Part shown: positions 19,019-33,212 of the stretch, in pieces
How positions within the stretch are numbered: position 1 is the first letter of the stretch
Layout: the number at the start of each line of letters is the position of its first letter
NCBI GenBank assembly: GCA_965153355.1
Contig: OZ231126.1
Location: forward strand, 23,436,001-23,500,000
Reading direction: 5' to 3'
From: Flaccisagitta enflata
Taxonomy: Eukaryota
Length of the DNA: 64,000 nucleotides
Notes under the pieces: generated by a model
Seen by the model: the letters and a program-made list of their open reading frames with translations, nothing else
Databases searched by the model: none
Told to the model about the DNA's origin: nothing
Position numbers and translations under genes: made by a program

Positions 19019-19654
19019 GCGGGACTAAAAACCAAGACAAAGTTTTCTCAGGGTCTTCCAAAACGCTACTACATCCCCTTTAGCCCCCTCCCACTTCTTG
19101 AAGTCAGAATTTATGGTTTGATGAACTGATTCATTGCACAAATTGTTTGAACATTTCTCTCACTAACAAGTAGAGATTTAGTTGTTTTTGATTTTTTTTT
19201 AAGCATGTCGGTCATCGGCGTCGGACAAAGAGTATATTCGACCAGAAAGGCTAGACAATTTTGCTTATTATTTCCTGCGACAGATAAAAAAGATGACAGG
19301 TTTCGCTTCAGAAATTGTATTCAATCTTATTTTAACAGCATGAGAACTTTCTTAAAGCATGAGCATGAGCACTTTCTGAGAGAATTCAGGGTGTCGTTGA
19401 CAATTGCATTGATTTCTAAATTACTAAAAAAAAGTAAATAGAAAGCTGACTTTTTCGGTTCTTTTCTTTTTTCAGTTAAATTGCTTAGAGTACACCTGAG
19501 GATTGACCCCAAAAAATACTTAAGGACCCTTAAAAAAACGATTTTATTTTCTTAGTACCTAGAGACCCACTAAAATATTCCAGAAAAAGTCAGCGCAGAA
19601 AATAAACGGATAGTCGCCTATCATAAAAGTTTCGCACTTTCTCTCATAGAAATA

Positions 19655-21891
19655 TCAAATTCTACCACACGCCATGTAACTAATCGTTATTATAACACCC
19701 CAGCATGTGCTTTTGATAAAAAATCTCGGTTTGAAGCCTTTCGTGTTGAGAGAATCGATATTGATCCAATAAGCGGGGCTGCTATCGCAATCATTCCAAG
19801 CGATCCTAAAACCGTAAGTTATTGCAGGTGTGGACCGGAAATTTCTATGGGCAAATTGATAAATGGGCAAATTTTGAGTCGTAATGTAGATGCTTAAATA
19901 TTCGAGGTCCGTTTTGCATATTCACTGCTGTTAGACAAAGGATTTGGGACAGGAATGATGTAACAGTTTTTGCATTTTTGTGTAGGTCATGGGTGTAAAA
20001 ATCAAAAACTATCCAGTGGGAAATCATCCCTAGAGCGGTTTTTGAAAAAAAAGTGATAAATTCATAATATTCAGCCTCATTTTTCGTTAAGTGTTTTATA
20101 GGTTGGTTTTACTCATTTTGAGACTGTATTTTGTTAATCCTGATGCAAATCCCTTTCATTTGATAGGTCGCGCTATAGGGCATTAAAAACAAATAACATT
20201 TTCATTTTCCATGTTAGTGTCACAAAAATTGGCCTAAAATATGAAAATTTTATTTCTTATCAAGACCATACGACCTATCAAATGAAAGAGAATCGCATCA
20301 GGATTAACAATATGCTGTCAAAAAATGGATAAATCCAACCTGGAAAATTCATTACGCAAAAAATTATATATTTCTCTTTTCTTTTCAAAAGATATTCTAG
20401 GGATGATTTTCCAAAGGGTAGTTTTTAGTTGCGGACACGCAACTCTATAAGCGGCATTGTCCATCTGTCCGTTGGTCCGTTGGTCCGTTGGTCTGTCCGT
20501 GAGCACGAGTCAAAAAGTGGGAAAACGAGTGTTTTAGAAGCTTTTTGTGTATGTGTCTGTGTTGGAAGGGGGGTTGGGTAGGGCGTTGGGCGTGGATGGG
20601 GGTTGGCTGCCCCTGCCTACCTGTCCGCAACTATATTGTGACCTTGCGTCACTTGTTGATTTGTATATCCATGACCAACGCAAAAATGCTAACAAACCCA
20701 GAGTGACCATTGCAAATGATGTAGACAAATTTTCGAGAGAAACCCCGATGACAGGCTAGGTCACATGTACCTTGCAAAGTTGACGGTTTGGTCGACATTC
20801 CAAGCACTTTTCTTAAAATCAAACGTATTTGACGAGGAGATGCAGATTATTGCATCTGAAAAAGGAAAGTTGATGGTGAGAGATTATTCATTAAATCTTT
20901 AACAATGTTCCGAGACTTGATAAATTCAGCTACAATGCAGTGCAGTGGAGCACCGCAAGAGCGCACCCGCTTTTAAGGCATACCTGCCTGTAAAGTTTAT
21001 GATTTGCAGTTCCACAAGTGTTACTGCCGTACCACTTGGATAAAAAAAAAGACGCACCTATCTATTAATTGATAAAACAGATAAAAAGAATGATTTTAGC
21101 TATTTTCAAGAAAAACGTTTTGAAAGATTTTCAAAAAAGTCTTTCATTCTAGACCAATCCCAGATCTGTATCTCAAACGGTTTAGGAGCTCTGCAAAGAG
21201 AAAAACTTTTTTGCTAAAATGCACTTTTTTCATAGGGATTACAAAACTGAAAAAGGCAACTGCAGTAAATTGTGCATTAGCAATAAAGCAACTTCTCTAT
21301 AGGGCATAAATTTGCCCAGTCCCTTGGCATGCGCTTTTGTGAAGCTCAACTATACTTCCTCCGCAAATGTTTTCATATGGATTAATAAAATGAACCTCTT
21401 TTTATCTGTGCGATGTCGTCTGTGTTCCTCTTAGCTTTTCCGCTGACGGACGAAATCTTCCCCGCGTTCTTTGAAACCGTTCCTTGAATCGCCCAAACTT
21501 TCTTGTTTTGGAGCTTGGCGATGTCAGCCACGTGCTTCATGTCGTTGGCTCTCGTCTCAACGATGAATTCAGTAATTAGAGCGATTACGTCGAGAGGCGG
21601 CGGTGCTTTGGCTGGAGAGCGAGAAGAAGTAGGAGAGTTGCAATTTGTATACGACACTTAGAGTTGGATAATAAACCTGCTACACTAAGCAACATTGAAG
21701 ACGCAAGATTTTCATATCTCTTTAAGATCTCAGTGGTATTTCAATAGCTTGCCGTAAGTACGATGGTATATCAACGAAGGAGCCACTAATCACTTACTGG
21801 TATTAGCCGCCGGCGCGACTGACGAAGCCGTTGCATTTTCGCCGTTCGCGTTCGCCACCACAGAAAAAATAAGTATTACGAAAAAAATCAT
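19655..21891 (-). CDS. 4-exon gene for a 194-aa secreted protein: signal peptide, coiled coil and H-type-lectin-like domain
   Basis: Exons 21891-21798, 21611-21396, 20855-20771 and 19844-19655. All introns are GT..AG, phases 1/1/2 are compatible, and the total is 585 nt. Product: MIFFVILIFSVVANANGENATASSVAPAANTTKAPPPLDVIALITEF...VSKNAGKISSVSGKAKRNTDDIAQIKRDAIICISSSNTFDFKKSAWNVDQTVNFARNFRSTPAITYGFRIAWNDCDSSPAYWINIDSLNTKGFKPRFFIKSTCWGVIITISYMACGRI*. The pattern VxFxxxFxxxPxxxxG...L[T/N]xxGF...W...ISxMACG resembles the H-type lectin fold. The exon 2 donor (GTTCAT) is weak. Confidence 0.82.
20022..20410. mobile_element. Foldback MITE in intron 3 of the lectin-like gene
   Basis: Outer inverted repeat AATCATCCCTAGA / TCTAGGGATGATT. 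Inner inverted repeat TTGTTAATCCTGATGC..TTTCATTTGATAGGTCG / CGACCTATCAAATGAAA..GCATCAGGATTAACAA. Confidence 0.65.
20422..20657 (+). mobile_element. HINE-like element, subfamily B (full length, intronic)
   Basis: 5' TTTTTAGTTGCGGACACGCAACT hairpin, (GTCC/GTTG)n stretch, 3' subTIR GTCCGCAAC, stem-loop and CTTGTT end. Other copies at about 24979, 26077, 42968-43157, 44470 and 53489-54250. Confidence 0.8.
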
Positions 21892-22099
21892 TTCGTCGCG
21901 ATCAGAAGTGCCTGTTTATTTTGATGACGCGCGTTCCCAAGGTAACCGAAAAAGAGGAGATGAAAGTGATTTACTGACATGGAACCAGAACTTTGAGGAC
22001 TGTAGTGAGAACAACTTCTTGTGGTAACCGCTGCGCAATACCTAGCTGAGTGTGAGGGTGAGAGATATTATGATTAATTATTGATTGCCTATCCTAAGT

Positions 22100-22241
22100 C
22101 TGAGCCGGATCAACATATATGCTTTAAATGCTTAAGCATAGGGCCCCGCGCCTCAGGGGGGCCCCACGCTTGCGCCCCCCCTTGAAAAAAAAGAAAAACG
22201 AGAAGGAATGAATGAAAGAGAGAAAGAAAGAAAGAAAGAAA

Positions 22242-22335
<94 letters not shown>

Positions 22336-23495
22336 ACAAAAAAGAGAATGAAAAAAAGAAAAAAGAAAGGAGGAAAGAAAGGGGGAAAAAAAAGGAAAAA
22401 GGCAACAGATATTTTTGCTGAAACAAAACAAAATTATAGCTTAAGAAGAGAAAAAGCAAAAAACATGGTCTGAAGTGAGAGAAAAGCAGTAAGGAAAGTA
22501 ATGTAAGAAGGAAACAAGTAAGAGAAGAAAGAACAAAGGAGTAATATGATAAAAAGAAGTTCAGAAAAAAAGATGGAACGAAAAAAGAGAGCAGGAAACA
22601 AGGAAAGGAAAGGCAAAAAGGATAAGTAATTAAAAAGATAGTTCAAAGATTTATTTTGTATGAAAAAAAGAAACGAAAAAAAAAAAATTTCTTTTTCAAA
22701 TCAGTGAAAAATTGAATTAAGGATTTTTTGCAAAAAAAACTGAACTGAAAACTTTTTTTGAAAAATATGCTGACTTTCACAAGCTTACTTACTCTGGTTT
22801 ATAAGATTTGAATGAAATAAATTTTGGTAGCATTCCTTGATCTTGTCTAATAATCATTAAAATTTGCTTAAAAAATTTTATTACCTCTTTGAAAAGTTTT
22901 GATTTTTTTTTTTGAAAAAATTCATAAAAGGTTAAAGTGGTCCAAATTTTTGTGCAAGCAATTTCAAAATTAGAAAAAACTACAGAGACCAGATTGCACT
23001 CATTTTGCAGATTTTTAAAATTTTGATCAATTTGTTTTTCTTTAATCTGTGGCTTATTTAGAAGAGCTCTGTGAAATAAGAACAAGAGGTATTTCATTCT
23101 TTTTATCTTGAAAACAATAGATTTTTTGATGTAGCTTTTTTCAAAGTTTCTCTGAAAGCTAAGATATCGTTGGTTGAATGTAAATTATTTAAGAATGTTA
23201 TATTGATATGAGGCCTGCTATGTCTGATCTTAGGTTTGAGGCAGGTTGTAACTGGCAAGGGGAAAAGAGAAAGAAAAAGAATACATGGAAAGAAAGAAAA
23301 AAGATTGTAAAGGATAAGAGAGACTGAGAGGGATGAATTGATTTTTAATTCATATGCATATTTAGCAGGACAGTATAGTTATGTCCTCAGGAAGCAAAAA
23401 AAATTTTAGAGCTCTAAGGGATTAAAGGGAGGGGGGAGGGGGGCCCCGCACCCCTGGTTAAGCATAGGGCCCCGCACCTTGTTGATTCGGCTCGG
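22100..23495. mobile_element. hAT-superfamily non-autonomous element (1.4 kb)
   Basis: TIRs CTGAGCCGGATCAAC / GTTGATTCGGCTCGG, exact 8-bp TSD TCCTAAGT (22092-22099 and 23496-23503), GGGCCCC subterminal repeats and internal (GAAA)n. Confidence 0.9.
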
Positions 23496-23635
23496 TCCTA
23501 AGTCCGAACATAACTACACTTGTGTCAGTCTCTGTCTCTCCGAGCAATAGCACAAATCCGGACAAAATCATTTTGTCCTCACTATCATCATCCTCATTGT
23601 GATTATAATTCCCATCATCCTCATCATCATCCTCG

Positions 23636-23739
<104 letters not shown>

Positions 23740-23882
23740 GTTATCATCAGCATCACAACAATTCACAGGAATAACAACAACAACAACTTTAACAAAAACA
23801 TCATAGAAAAGCAACGGCAGCAAAAAAAGAATGTCAGCAGCAATAATGAGTATATAATTAATACAATAGAGTAGCTAGAGTA

Positions 23883-24297
23883 CACGCTTTTCATTTTATA
23901 AGAACATGGATTTTCAAAGTCAGCCTCGGCGTTTTTATTTTCAACCTCTTTTTCATGTTTTTTAACATGTTCTTATTTTTGAATTAGATAATCTTTTTGA
24001 TTATATATCTATTTTAATATAAAAGTTTGTTTTTTAAGCAATTGTAAAAAAAAACATTTTCATTAAATAAAAAGTAACGTAAGATTTGTATTTAATAAAT
24101 AATGAAATATCATTTTAGAAAGCATTATCAAAACATCCATCATTCAGGGTTTTTCATCTAATTTTACTACTTTTTTGAAAACTTATATCTTTATCTTCAA
24201 ATCTGAGGCACAGCATGTTTTTAAAATGTTCTTATTTTTTGGCCAAATCCGAGGCTGATGTTCTTCTAAACAGTGTTCTTATAAAAAGAAAAGCGTG
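23883..24297. mobile_element. Tc1/mariner-type MITE
   Basis: 24-bp TIRs CACGCTTTTC(A/T)TTTTATAAGAACA with TA flanks. Diverged relative at about 37164-37558. Confidence 0.85.
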
Positions 24298-25142
24298 TAT
24301 CCAGAATACAACAGTGTAGCCATGAGCATGTTTTTTTTTTCTGAGAGAGATAATGAGAGGATATTTTGTAGAATATGCAGTGTAAATGTACTCTTTTCCA
24401 AATATATTTTTCAAATGTAAGAAAACAAAAGAACTCAGAGTCAGAGCTTAGTCTTCACCTTATGGAAGAAATCAGAACTGCAAAACAAATGTCATGCCTC
24501 TCGAAAACCTGTATGAGAGCATGAGCACGCTCACGAGCATGAAAGTTGGACAACGTAACTACTCAAACCCAAACTAGCTTAAGTTAAGGATGAGAGCCTT
24601 TGGAGTTCTCAATGGTGTTTACGAGCATGATGCATGTATGATAAGAGTTGTCTTGTCCAGTATTAGAAAGCTTACAACAGAAGAACAAGGCCGGATACAC
24701 GGCCACTAAGTAGTCGCTGGCGATTAGCAGGGGCAGTAATGCCGGGGCAGGGGGCAGTATTTGAGTAGGTGGGGGCTTTAAAGGTAGAGGGCAGAGGCAA
24801 TAATGGTCAGAAATCCCCATTCCCGCCAATTTTGCGTCATCCAAATTTTCACGTCACGGACGGACAGACAGACCAAGGCGTACAGCCGTACACCCTATTT
24901 AAGAGTCGCTTAGCCAGCGTCTAAAACTAAATAGTAAAAGCATATTTATGCGTGAGTCAAAACACTGAGTATTTCTTTTCAGTTGCGGACACGAAACTAT
25001 GGGCGGCGTAGTCCGCACTTCAGGCCATGCATCGGTTCGTCGCTCCGTTGGTCGGTCCTTTTGTTGAAAAAGCTAAAAAGTCGGTTATAAGAGTGTAAGT
25101 GCGTGTTAGAAAAAATGTGAGAATGCGCATTTTGCATTTGCA

Positions 25143-25307
<165 letters not shown>

Positions 25308-25640
25308 AAAAGAAAAAGAAACACTGATAAGGCCGGACCAGGTCAACCCATAGTGAGGAGTGCATAAGCTGGGGCAGAAATATTGTAACTTCTTACCAAA
25401 ATATGATGTTAACAACTATGCCAATCAACTAACAGACGGACAAACCAACCAACTGACGCAGTAACGTAACGCAGTAACGCAACTGAAAACAAAAAAGCAA
25501 AAGAGCAAAAAGAAAAAAACTCGTAAATATTTATAGTGAGGTAAGATTTTTGTGAGGTTACCCTTCGTACTATGCGTTTAACGATAAAACACTGTTCTAC
25601 GTTTCTTAAAAACAATGTTGCTTAGCAACAGAGAAAACAT

Positions 25641-25800
25641 GGGTAAACTTTTAAAAGAGGACCTCAATTTTTCTATGGTTTTGTTTTGTATTTGATATAA
25701 CCTAAACTCACCCCTACACCTAAACTCACCCCTACTCCTAAACTCACCCCTACCCCTTGACTCACCCCCACCTCTTAACTCACCCCTACCCCTGCACGGT
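25641..25800. repeat. 18-bp CCTAAACTCACCCCTAC-type tandem array behind a terminus related to the 62018-63187 element
   Basis: About 5 degenerate units at 25701-25792. GGGTAAACTTTTAAAAGAGGACC at 25641 matches the 62018 terminus at 19 of 23 positions. Confidence 0.55.
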
Positions 25801-27778
25801 ATGGATAACAACTAAGTGTGGTTTATATGGTTTTTACCATGGTTTTGTTTTTTAGTAATGTTTTTATTGATAAAGGATAGTTGTGAGGGGTCCGGATTAA
25901 GCGCCATTGAGAGTTACCAAGACTGTCATCTTTTGTTTTTATGTCTTTTTTTTTTTTGATAAAGCAATGTTATCACATGTCATATCATTGGTGACCTATA
26001 GCAGAAAAGTGACGTTTATTTTTTTATGCCTCGGATCTTCAAAAACTAAAATGTTCAGTTAAGCATCTCTTGTTATTAGTTGCAGACTCGTAACTCTACA
26101 AGAGACCTTGTCTGTTGGGCTGTTGGTCTGCTGGTCCATGGTAATCTAATTGAAAAGTGTGAAAACGCGCATCACGTTTTACATGTTAGCCTACCGGTCC
26201 ATCCATTTGTCTATTGGCAACGCTCTTTGGATAAAAACCAGTTTAGCCGTAAGTCACTTAAGATATTCTTTATTATATTTGTTTGTATCAAATACCCATG
26301 AATCTCAAGTGCGTCTCAAGTATGTTTTAAGTCTTTGTAACTCATGTTAGGTATGACGCAATGCGCATGAAGGCAATATTTTCTGTTACACAGCTCTTTG
26401 ATATAAGATATAAGACTAACATGGAAAATTTCATCTATTTGTTACCCTGTTAAAATAAATTAGGTTATAATGAAAAATATTTTAAAAACTATTTTGAGTT
26501 GAAAGTTGCGCAAGGTGTGATAGAATAAGCAAAGTTGATACATTATCGCTAAAAAAAAATGTATCCTAAATTCATGACTTTACTTTCTCATTGAATCTTT
26601 GGGACAAAAATCTGATTGATTATCTAAACTATATGAAAGAAAATTGATAGACAAATCTAAGAAAAAATAGTGGAATATCTTAATAAATTAAGTTATTTCT
26701 AATTCAAAAATACTAAAAAAAAGAATTTTTTAGGGATTTTTTTTTCAAAAACTGGATGTTGTTTTTTTTTTCACCATAAAAACATAATTACTTAAGTCAT
26801 AGCTATTAAGATTTTGTCTTTAATTAAATTAAGTTATCCTCACTCTTATCAGCCTTTGACTGGTCAATTTTCGTCTGCGTTTGCACTACAAGTTCTTAGG
26901 GCAGGTTCTAGTTGAATCAGGCCCAGATGGCATGAGTGTATGGCGTGGAAGGACCTTGGCAACCAGTTTCAAGTCCGACAGCACTTCAAGTCAGACAAGC
27001 TTTATTTGTTTATTCTTTTTTAATCTTGAATTACACTCTCATGCAAAAAATGATAGCCTAATTTGTTACAAAAACACACATTCTCTCTTATTCTTTACCT
27101 GAATATCCTTCTCTCCTCCGATTATCTTTTTCTTACATTTTTTTTTTCATTTTTTGCTTTGTTTTTCTACTGGTGCGACAGGGGTGTAAATACGACACAC
27201 AGGGACCTCGGCCGATGTCCCTGACGTCCCTCCCCATACACCCATGCCAGATGGTGACTCAAAAACATTCTCAAACAAAAGACTAAGTGGGTCTGTAGAC
27301 CATCTTCAAGTTACTTTGTGTACTAAGAACAGCTGACCACATTTGTAACAAGGTCGGTTACATGGCTACCCAAGTCGAGTGGGGCAGAGGCTATATTTTT
27401 GGTCACCCGAGTTTTCAGGCAGGAGCAGTGAGGAAAAGGAGTAGAGAAATAAAAAGAAATATCGGACTGACCAAACGACAGACTGACCGATGGACAGACG
27501 GACAAAGCGGGGTGTAGAGTCGCGTAGCAGACGACTAAAAATGCCAAGCCTCTGGGAATGGGCCTCGCCGCTAGGCAATACTGGTGTGGTTCAAACAACC
27601 ACTTTCTGGTACGACAAACATATGCATAACCACAGACAAGAAAGAGAGACATATTTTGTACAAGCAAGCAAAGCAGACAAACACAGAAATGGTATGGATT
27701 TACAGCCAAGAAATTCCTTCACTCAATAACAGATTATAGACATATAAATGCACAAAAAGAAAGACAGGCAGATACACA

Positions 27779-27924
27779 TTTTTAGTCGCGGACACGCGAC
27801 TCTACACCTTGCCGTGTCGGTCGGTCCGTCGGTCCGTCCGAAATATTTTTGAATTGCGATTGGTTTACGCATTACTGCTCCTGCCCAACCATCCGCGACT
27901 GGATTGCCGTGTATCCGGTCTTGT
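27779..27924 (+). mobile_element. Short HINE-like element (subfamily A variant)
   Basis: TTTTAGTCGCGGACACGCGACT start, (GGTC/GTCC)n stretch, TCCGCGACT subTIR and GCCGTGTATCCGGTCTTGTT end. Inverted relatives at about 27347-27541 and 28449-28614. Confidence 0.75.
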
Positions 27925-28084
27925 TTTATAACAATGCAAGGACTAAGGACTTTTACAGACTATCCTCCGGCCTCCGGCACACTTTACTACAATGCCAATA
28001 TTGTAATGTTGTCGGTAACAAATTCATTCAAATTCATTAGTTCACTCAGACACTCGACCTACAGTTTTTCCAAAAGCATAGAAA

Positions 28085-28367
28085 AACAAAGCCAAGTTAA
28101 GGCCAAATTGCCAATAAGTGTGCCTTGCTTGATTACGAATTTGTGAATGAACGTTTTTGATTAATGAATGAATAAATGAATGAATGAATGAATGAAAATG
28201 AATTTGGTGAGGCATGAAAGGTGATAGGAATGAAGAAATACGTCAGAATCAGCCGTTTTGCGCATTTCAAACGTTTGCGTGACCGACCGACCAACCGGCC
28301 AACCAACCAACCGACTAACCAACCAACGGACATGACCTCTTGTGGAAGTGCGAGGACGCACTTAAAA
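28085..28367 (-). mobile_element. HINE-like element, subfamily D, carrying (ATTC)n
   Basis: Reverse-complement homologue of 59366-59725 (AAGTGCGTCCTCGCAC start, GGCCTTAACTTGGC end). Confidence 0.75.
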
Positions 28368-28780
28368 GTCATGTTGTTGTGACAAGTCAGCAACTAGCGC
28401 TGACCATTTAAGAATCTTTAATTTGGAAAAAATTCAAAAGGTTTATTGAACAAGGCCTGATACACGGCACCAGCGTTGCGGACAGTTGGGCAAAAATGAC
28501 TTGCAATTCGGAAATGTGACTGACCGATGGATGAACCCACAGACTGACCGACCAACCGACTGATCGACCGACCGACTGACACGGCAAGGTGTAGTCGCGT
28601 GTTTGCGACTAAAAATGCCATAATTGTTCTGCGTCACGGACTGATCGCACACCCATAAACAAAATGAAATTATTGTATCATAAAAACTAAACAATAGTAG
28701 TACATCTCTTATCATTCACTCCTTTTCACCTCACTAGAGCATATATACTATTTAGGCATCTCTACCTATACATATAAGTA

Positions 28781-29662
<882 letters not shown>

Positions 29663-29898
29663 CATGATATAACATTTTAGTAAAACTCCCTAACTTCATC
29701 TGTATGTGTTGGCACTTTGGAAAAAATACAGCTTTGATAAGACAATTTCATCTTTTTGAAACAAAGGGCCAATGCCATAGACAAAAGGACCTCTTAAAGT
29801 TGGGCTGGTTACTATTACAATGCTAAGAAACAAAAGAACAGTATTAGCCAGGAGAAGTGAAACTTTTAAATTTATAATTCGTGTTGGAGTTAGTAAAT

Positions 29899-30971
29899 GA
29901 CTTTCGTTCGTCCGTCATTCCGTCCGTCCGTTCGTCCCCCCAGGCCCTTGCAGGCCAGGAATCTGCCCTCTCAGGCCTGAAATCTGCCCTCTCAGGCCTG
30001 AAATCTGCCCTCTCAGGCCTGAAATCTACCCTCTCAGGCCTGAAATCTGCCCTCTCAGGCCTGAAATCTGCCCTCTCAGGTCTGAAATCTGCCCTCTCAA
30101 GCTTGAAATCTGTGCTTTCAGGCCTTATCCCTGCTCTCAGAGATTCAAGGCCTGAGAGGACAGATTTCAGGCCTGAGAGGGTAGATTTTAACACCTCTCA
30201 TATAATTAAACGAACTAGCAAAATGATCAAAATTGATAGAAATAATGCATTCAGTGGGCTGAAATTTGACACACAGGTAGCTAAAATATAGCATTTTTGC
30301 AAACCAGGCAAAAATTGTGCGCTCGGGAAAGTGTATGACTCTCGGAAAGTGTTATGCCAAAAATCCAGCAAAAGATTTTGACTGATTTTGACGAGGAAAT
30401 TTTTGATGATGAGACCTCATAAACCTTCTTAAGATTTACTTTGGAAAAGGCAAAAAAACATCAATTGTCAGGTTCTTGTATCACTAATTGACAAAAATGA
30501 ATCAACAGTACCAAGATACAGTCAGTGACAGCAGAAAAAAAATATCAAAATCCCTTGTCAAATAGAATGGTTTTAGCAACAAATTTGAAGCTAAACCAAA
30601 CCTAGAATTTGCATGATATCATTTGATGAAGCTATTTACAGCTTTTAGATGACATGATTTAATGTTTTTTTTTTTTGTAGAATCCTCATGAGAATAACAT
30701 GTTTTGAAATTATCACCAACCTGGACTTGGATTTCAGGCCCGAGAGGGTAGATTTCAGGCCTGAGAGGGTAGATTTCAGGCCTGAGAGGGCCGGGGGGCG
30801 TGCGGACGGACGGACAGACGGAATGACGAATGAACGAAAGTCCCCCTGTGTTCTACCGGACTTCGTCCCCTTCGGGGCCGCTGCCCTACTTCCCCTAACT
30901 CCAATTCACAATCATGCAAAGCAGGGCAACGGGTATCGCTGACCACATATTGCCCTTGGGCGACCTCTTGT
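29899..30971 (+). mobile_element. Foldback HINE-like element with a 21-bp minisatellite, interrupted by unrelated sequence at about 30190-30725
   Basis: Tandem CAGGCCTGAAATCTGCCCTCT units followed by inverted units. The 3' end GGGTATCGCTGACCAC..TTGCCCTTGGGCGACC matches the reverse complement of 41618-41670. Confidence 0.75.
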
Positions 30972-31511
30972 ACTAATAGCAACCATTTATCGGACTCTCA
31001 GGGGTCTGTGTTGGATGCTAAATATCATATCATATTATCATATTATTTGAGCCTTTAGGCTGGTATTTGAGCCTCAGGGCTAGAGTTTTAGACTTGAAGC
31101 TGAGATTTGAGCCTTGAGACTGGGATTTGTGCCTCAAGACTAGGATTTGAGCCTCAAGGCTGTGATTTTAGCCTCAAGGCTGTGATTTGAGTCACTAGGC
31201 TGAGATTTGAGCCTCTAGGTTGGGATTTGGGCCTTGAGGCTGGGATTTTGACCTAGAGGCTGTGATTTGAGCCTTGACACTGTCATTTGAGCCTTGACAC
31301 TGTAATTTGAGCCTAAAGGCTGGAATTTGAGCCTGGGAGAGGGGGGATGGACGGAGAAGGAGAAGGAGAAGGAAAAATTTATCCTATGTGTGATAGCATA
31401 AGTCATCAGCCCCTTCAGGGCCACTGCCTAAAAGGGGACCGACCGACCAACCAACAAAGCAGGGTCTAGAGTCGTGTAGCTTGCGACTAAAAATAATAAA
31501 TCTATTCAGAC

Positions 31512-32173
31512 TTTTTGGGCAGCGGCCCCGAAGGGGCTGATGACCTATGCTTTCACACAGGAGAAATTTCTCCTCCTTCTCCTCCTCCTCCTCCTTCTCC
31601 TCCTCCTCCTCCTTCTCCTCCTCCTCCTCCTTCTTCTCCATATCCACCCCCCACTTTCAGCCTCGAGACCCAAATCCCAGCTTTAAGGCCTAAATCCTAG
31701 CCTCAAAACCAAAATCCAAGCCTCAAGGCCCAAATCCAAGCCTTGAGGCCCAAATCCCAGTCTCGAGGCCCAAATCCTAGCCTTGAGGCCCAAATCTCAG
31801 CCTCGTTGCCCAAATCTCAGCCTCGAGGCCCAAATCCCAGCCTCAAGGCCAAAATCCCAGCCTCAAGGCCCAATTCCCAGCCTCAAGGCCTAAATCCCAG
31901 CCTCAAGGCCCAAATCCAGCCTTGAGGCTCAAATCCCAACCTCAAGGCTCAAATCCCAGTCTTGAGGCTCAAATCTCAGCCACGAGGCTCAAATCCCCGC
32001 CTCTAAGCTCAAATCCCAGCTTCAAGGCCCCAATTCCAGCCTCCAGGCTCAAATAAAATCAGCATAGGTCATCGGCTTTTTTGGGGCCGCTGCCCCTCTC
32101 ACCAGCTCACAACCTCATACACTCACTTAGGGGCAACAGGTACCGCTGACCATCTAACGGTTATGCAACTATT
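31512..32173 (+). mobile_element. Foldback HINE-like element with a 20-bp minisatellite
   Basis: TTTTTGGGCAGCGGCCCC..GATGACCTATGC pairs with GCATAGGTCATC..GGGGCCGCTGCCC, enclosing CAGCCTCAAGGCCCAAATCC-type repeats, and the tail is GGTACCGCTGACCAT. Inverted relatives at about 31040-31432, 32345-32720 and 38477/39140-39330. Confidence 0.78.
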
Positions 32174-32877
32174 GGTGTTGGCCTTATTCTGAATTTAGCA
32201 ATGACCATTAACCAAGCGCACTTATCTATTTAACAAGGCCGGAAACACGACTACCCTTCGCTTTGGGGTGGGCTGGGGCTGTAGTCGAGGTCACTTGGCC
32301 ATATGAGCAGGAGCAGTGGGGCAAAAGACCGCAAGAACATAAAGTAAATAGTCGCAAAAGCGTCAGATGGTCAGCAGTACTGTTGTGTTTGTCAGGATGT
32401 GGTAGTGCAGAGGGCGGCGGCCCCAAAGAGGCTGATGTCCTATACTTGGCTTTGATATGAGCATTGAGGCTTGCAGGAGAGCATCTAGAATGGGATCTTA
32501 GCCTGCAGGCTTAGATCTGAGCCTGGAGGCTGGAATTGAGCTTCAAGGCTTGGATTTGAGCCACAAGGCTTTCTTCTGAGCTTGTAGTCATGAATTTTGC
32601 CCCAAGGCTGGGATTCAAGCCTAAAAGGGGGGGGGGGGCACGTACGGAGAAGGAGGAGAAGGAGGCGGAAAAGAAGGAAAATTTCCCCTGTGTGAAAGCA
32701 CAGCTCATTGGTGCCCTCAGGGACCAACCGACTGACCAACCAACGGACCAACAAAGTGGGGGCGTAGAGTCTTGTAGCACGCAACAAATAAGACTATCTT
32801 CGCAAATAAAATCTTTACTCATTGAAAAGAAGTTCATTTATTGATATGAAAATGTGAACAAATTGATTACAGAGCTA

Positions 32878-33060
32878 TCAGTATTTAGTGTGAGGACCCT
32901 TTGACTGAATCACGGCAGCGGCATTCTGGGGTAATGGCCTTCCAGACCATTCTCGTCATTTTCTTGATCTCCTTTCTTCACTGGTACATTTAGACTTAAG
33001 GCTCCAAAGTCAAAGAGACTCAATTCAACAAATCGTAAAAAAATGGAGACATTAATGAAG
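32878..33060 (-). pseudogene. Degraded Tc1-family transposase C-terminal remnant
   Basis: Minus strand gives EIKKMTRMVWKAITPEC then, after a frameshift, AAVIQSKGPHTKY*. This matches the Tc1 C-terminus (WxxI..AVIxxKGxxTKY*). AATAAA follows at 32842-32837. Confidence 0.7.
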
Positions 33061-33212
33061 CCCTTTGAATTTGCAAGCAGTCAACGCAAACCGTATGTGT
33101 TCATCTCAATGAAAGTGAAGATTGTGTAGAAATGGCAAAAGCGAAATTGATATGTTTTATTCAATGTTAGACAACTTGGAACGCATTGGGTCAGAGAGAT
33201 GCGGGGTGTGTA

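Noticed and set aside
29844-30291. RPERADF / LSGLKSA heptad ORFs (also 41927-42163 and 49173-49503)
   Set aside because: These come from 21-bp minisatellites inside non-autonomous elements, not from genes.
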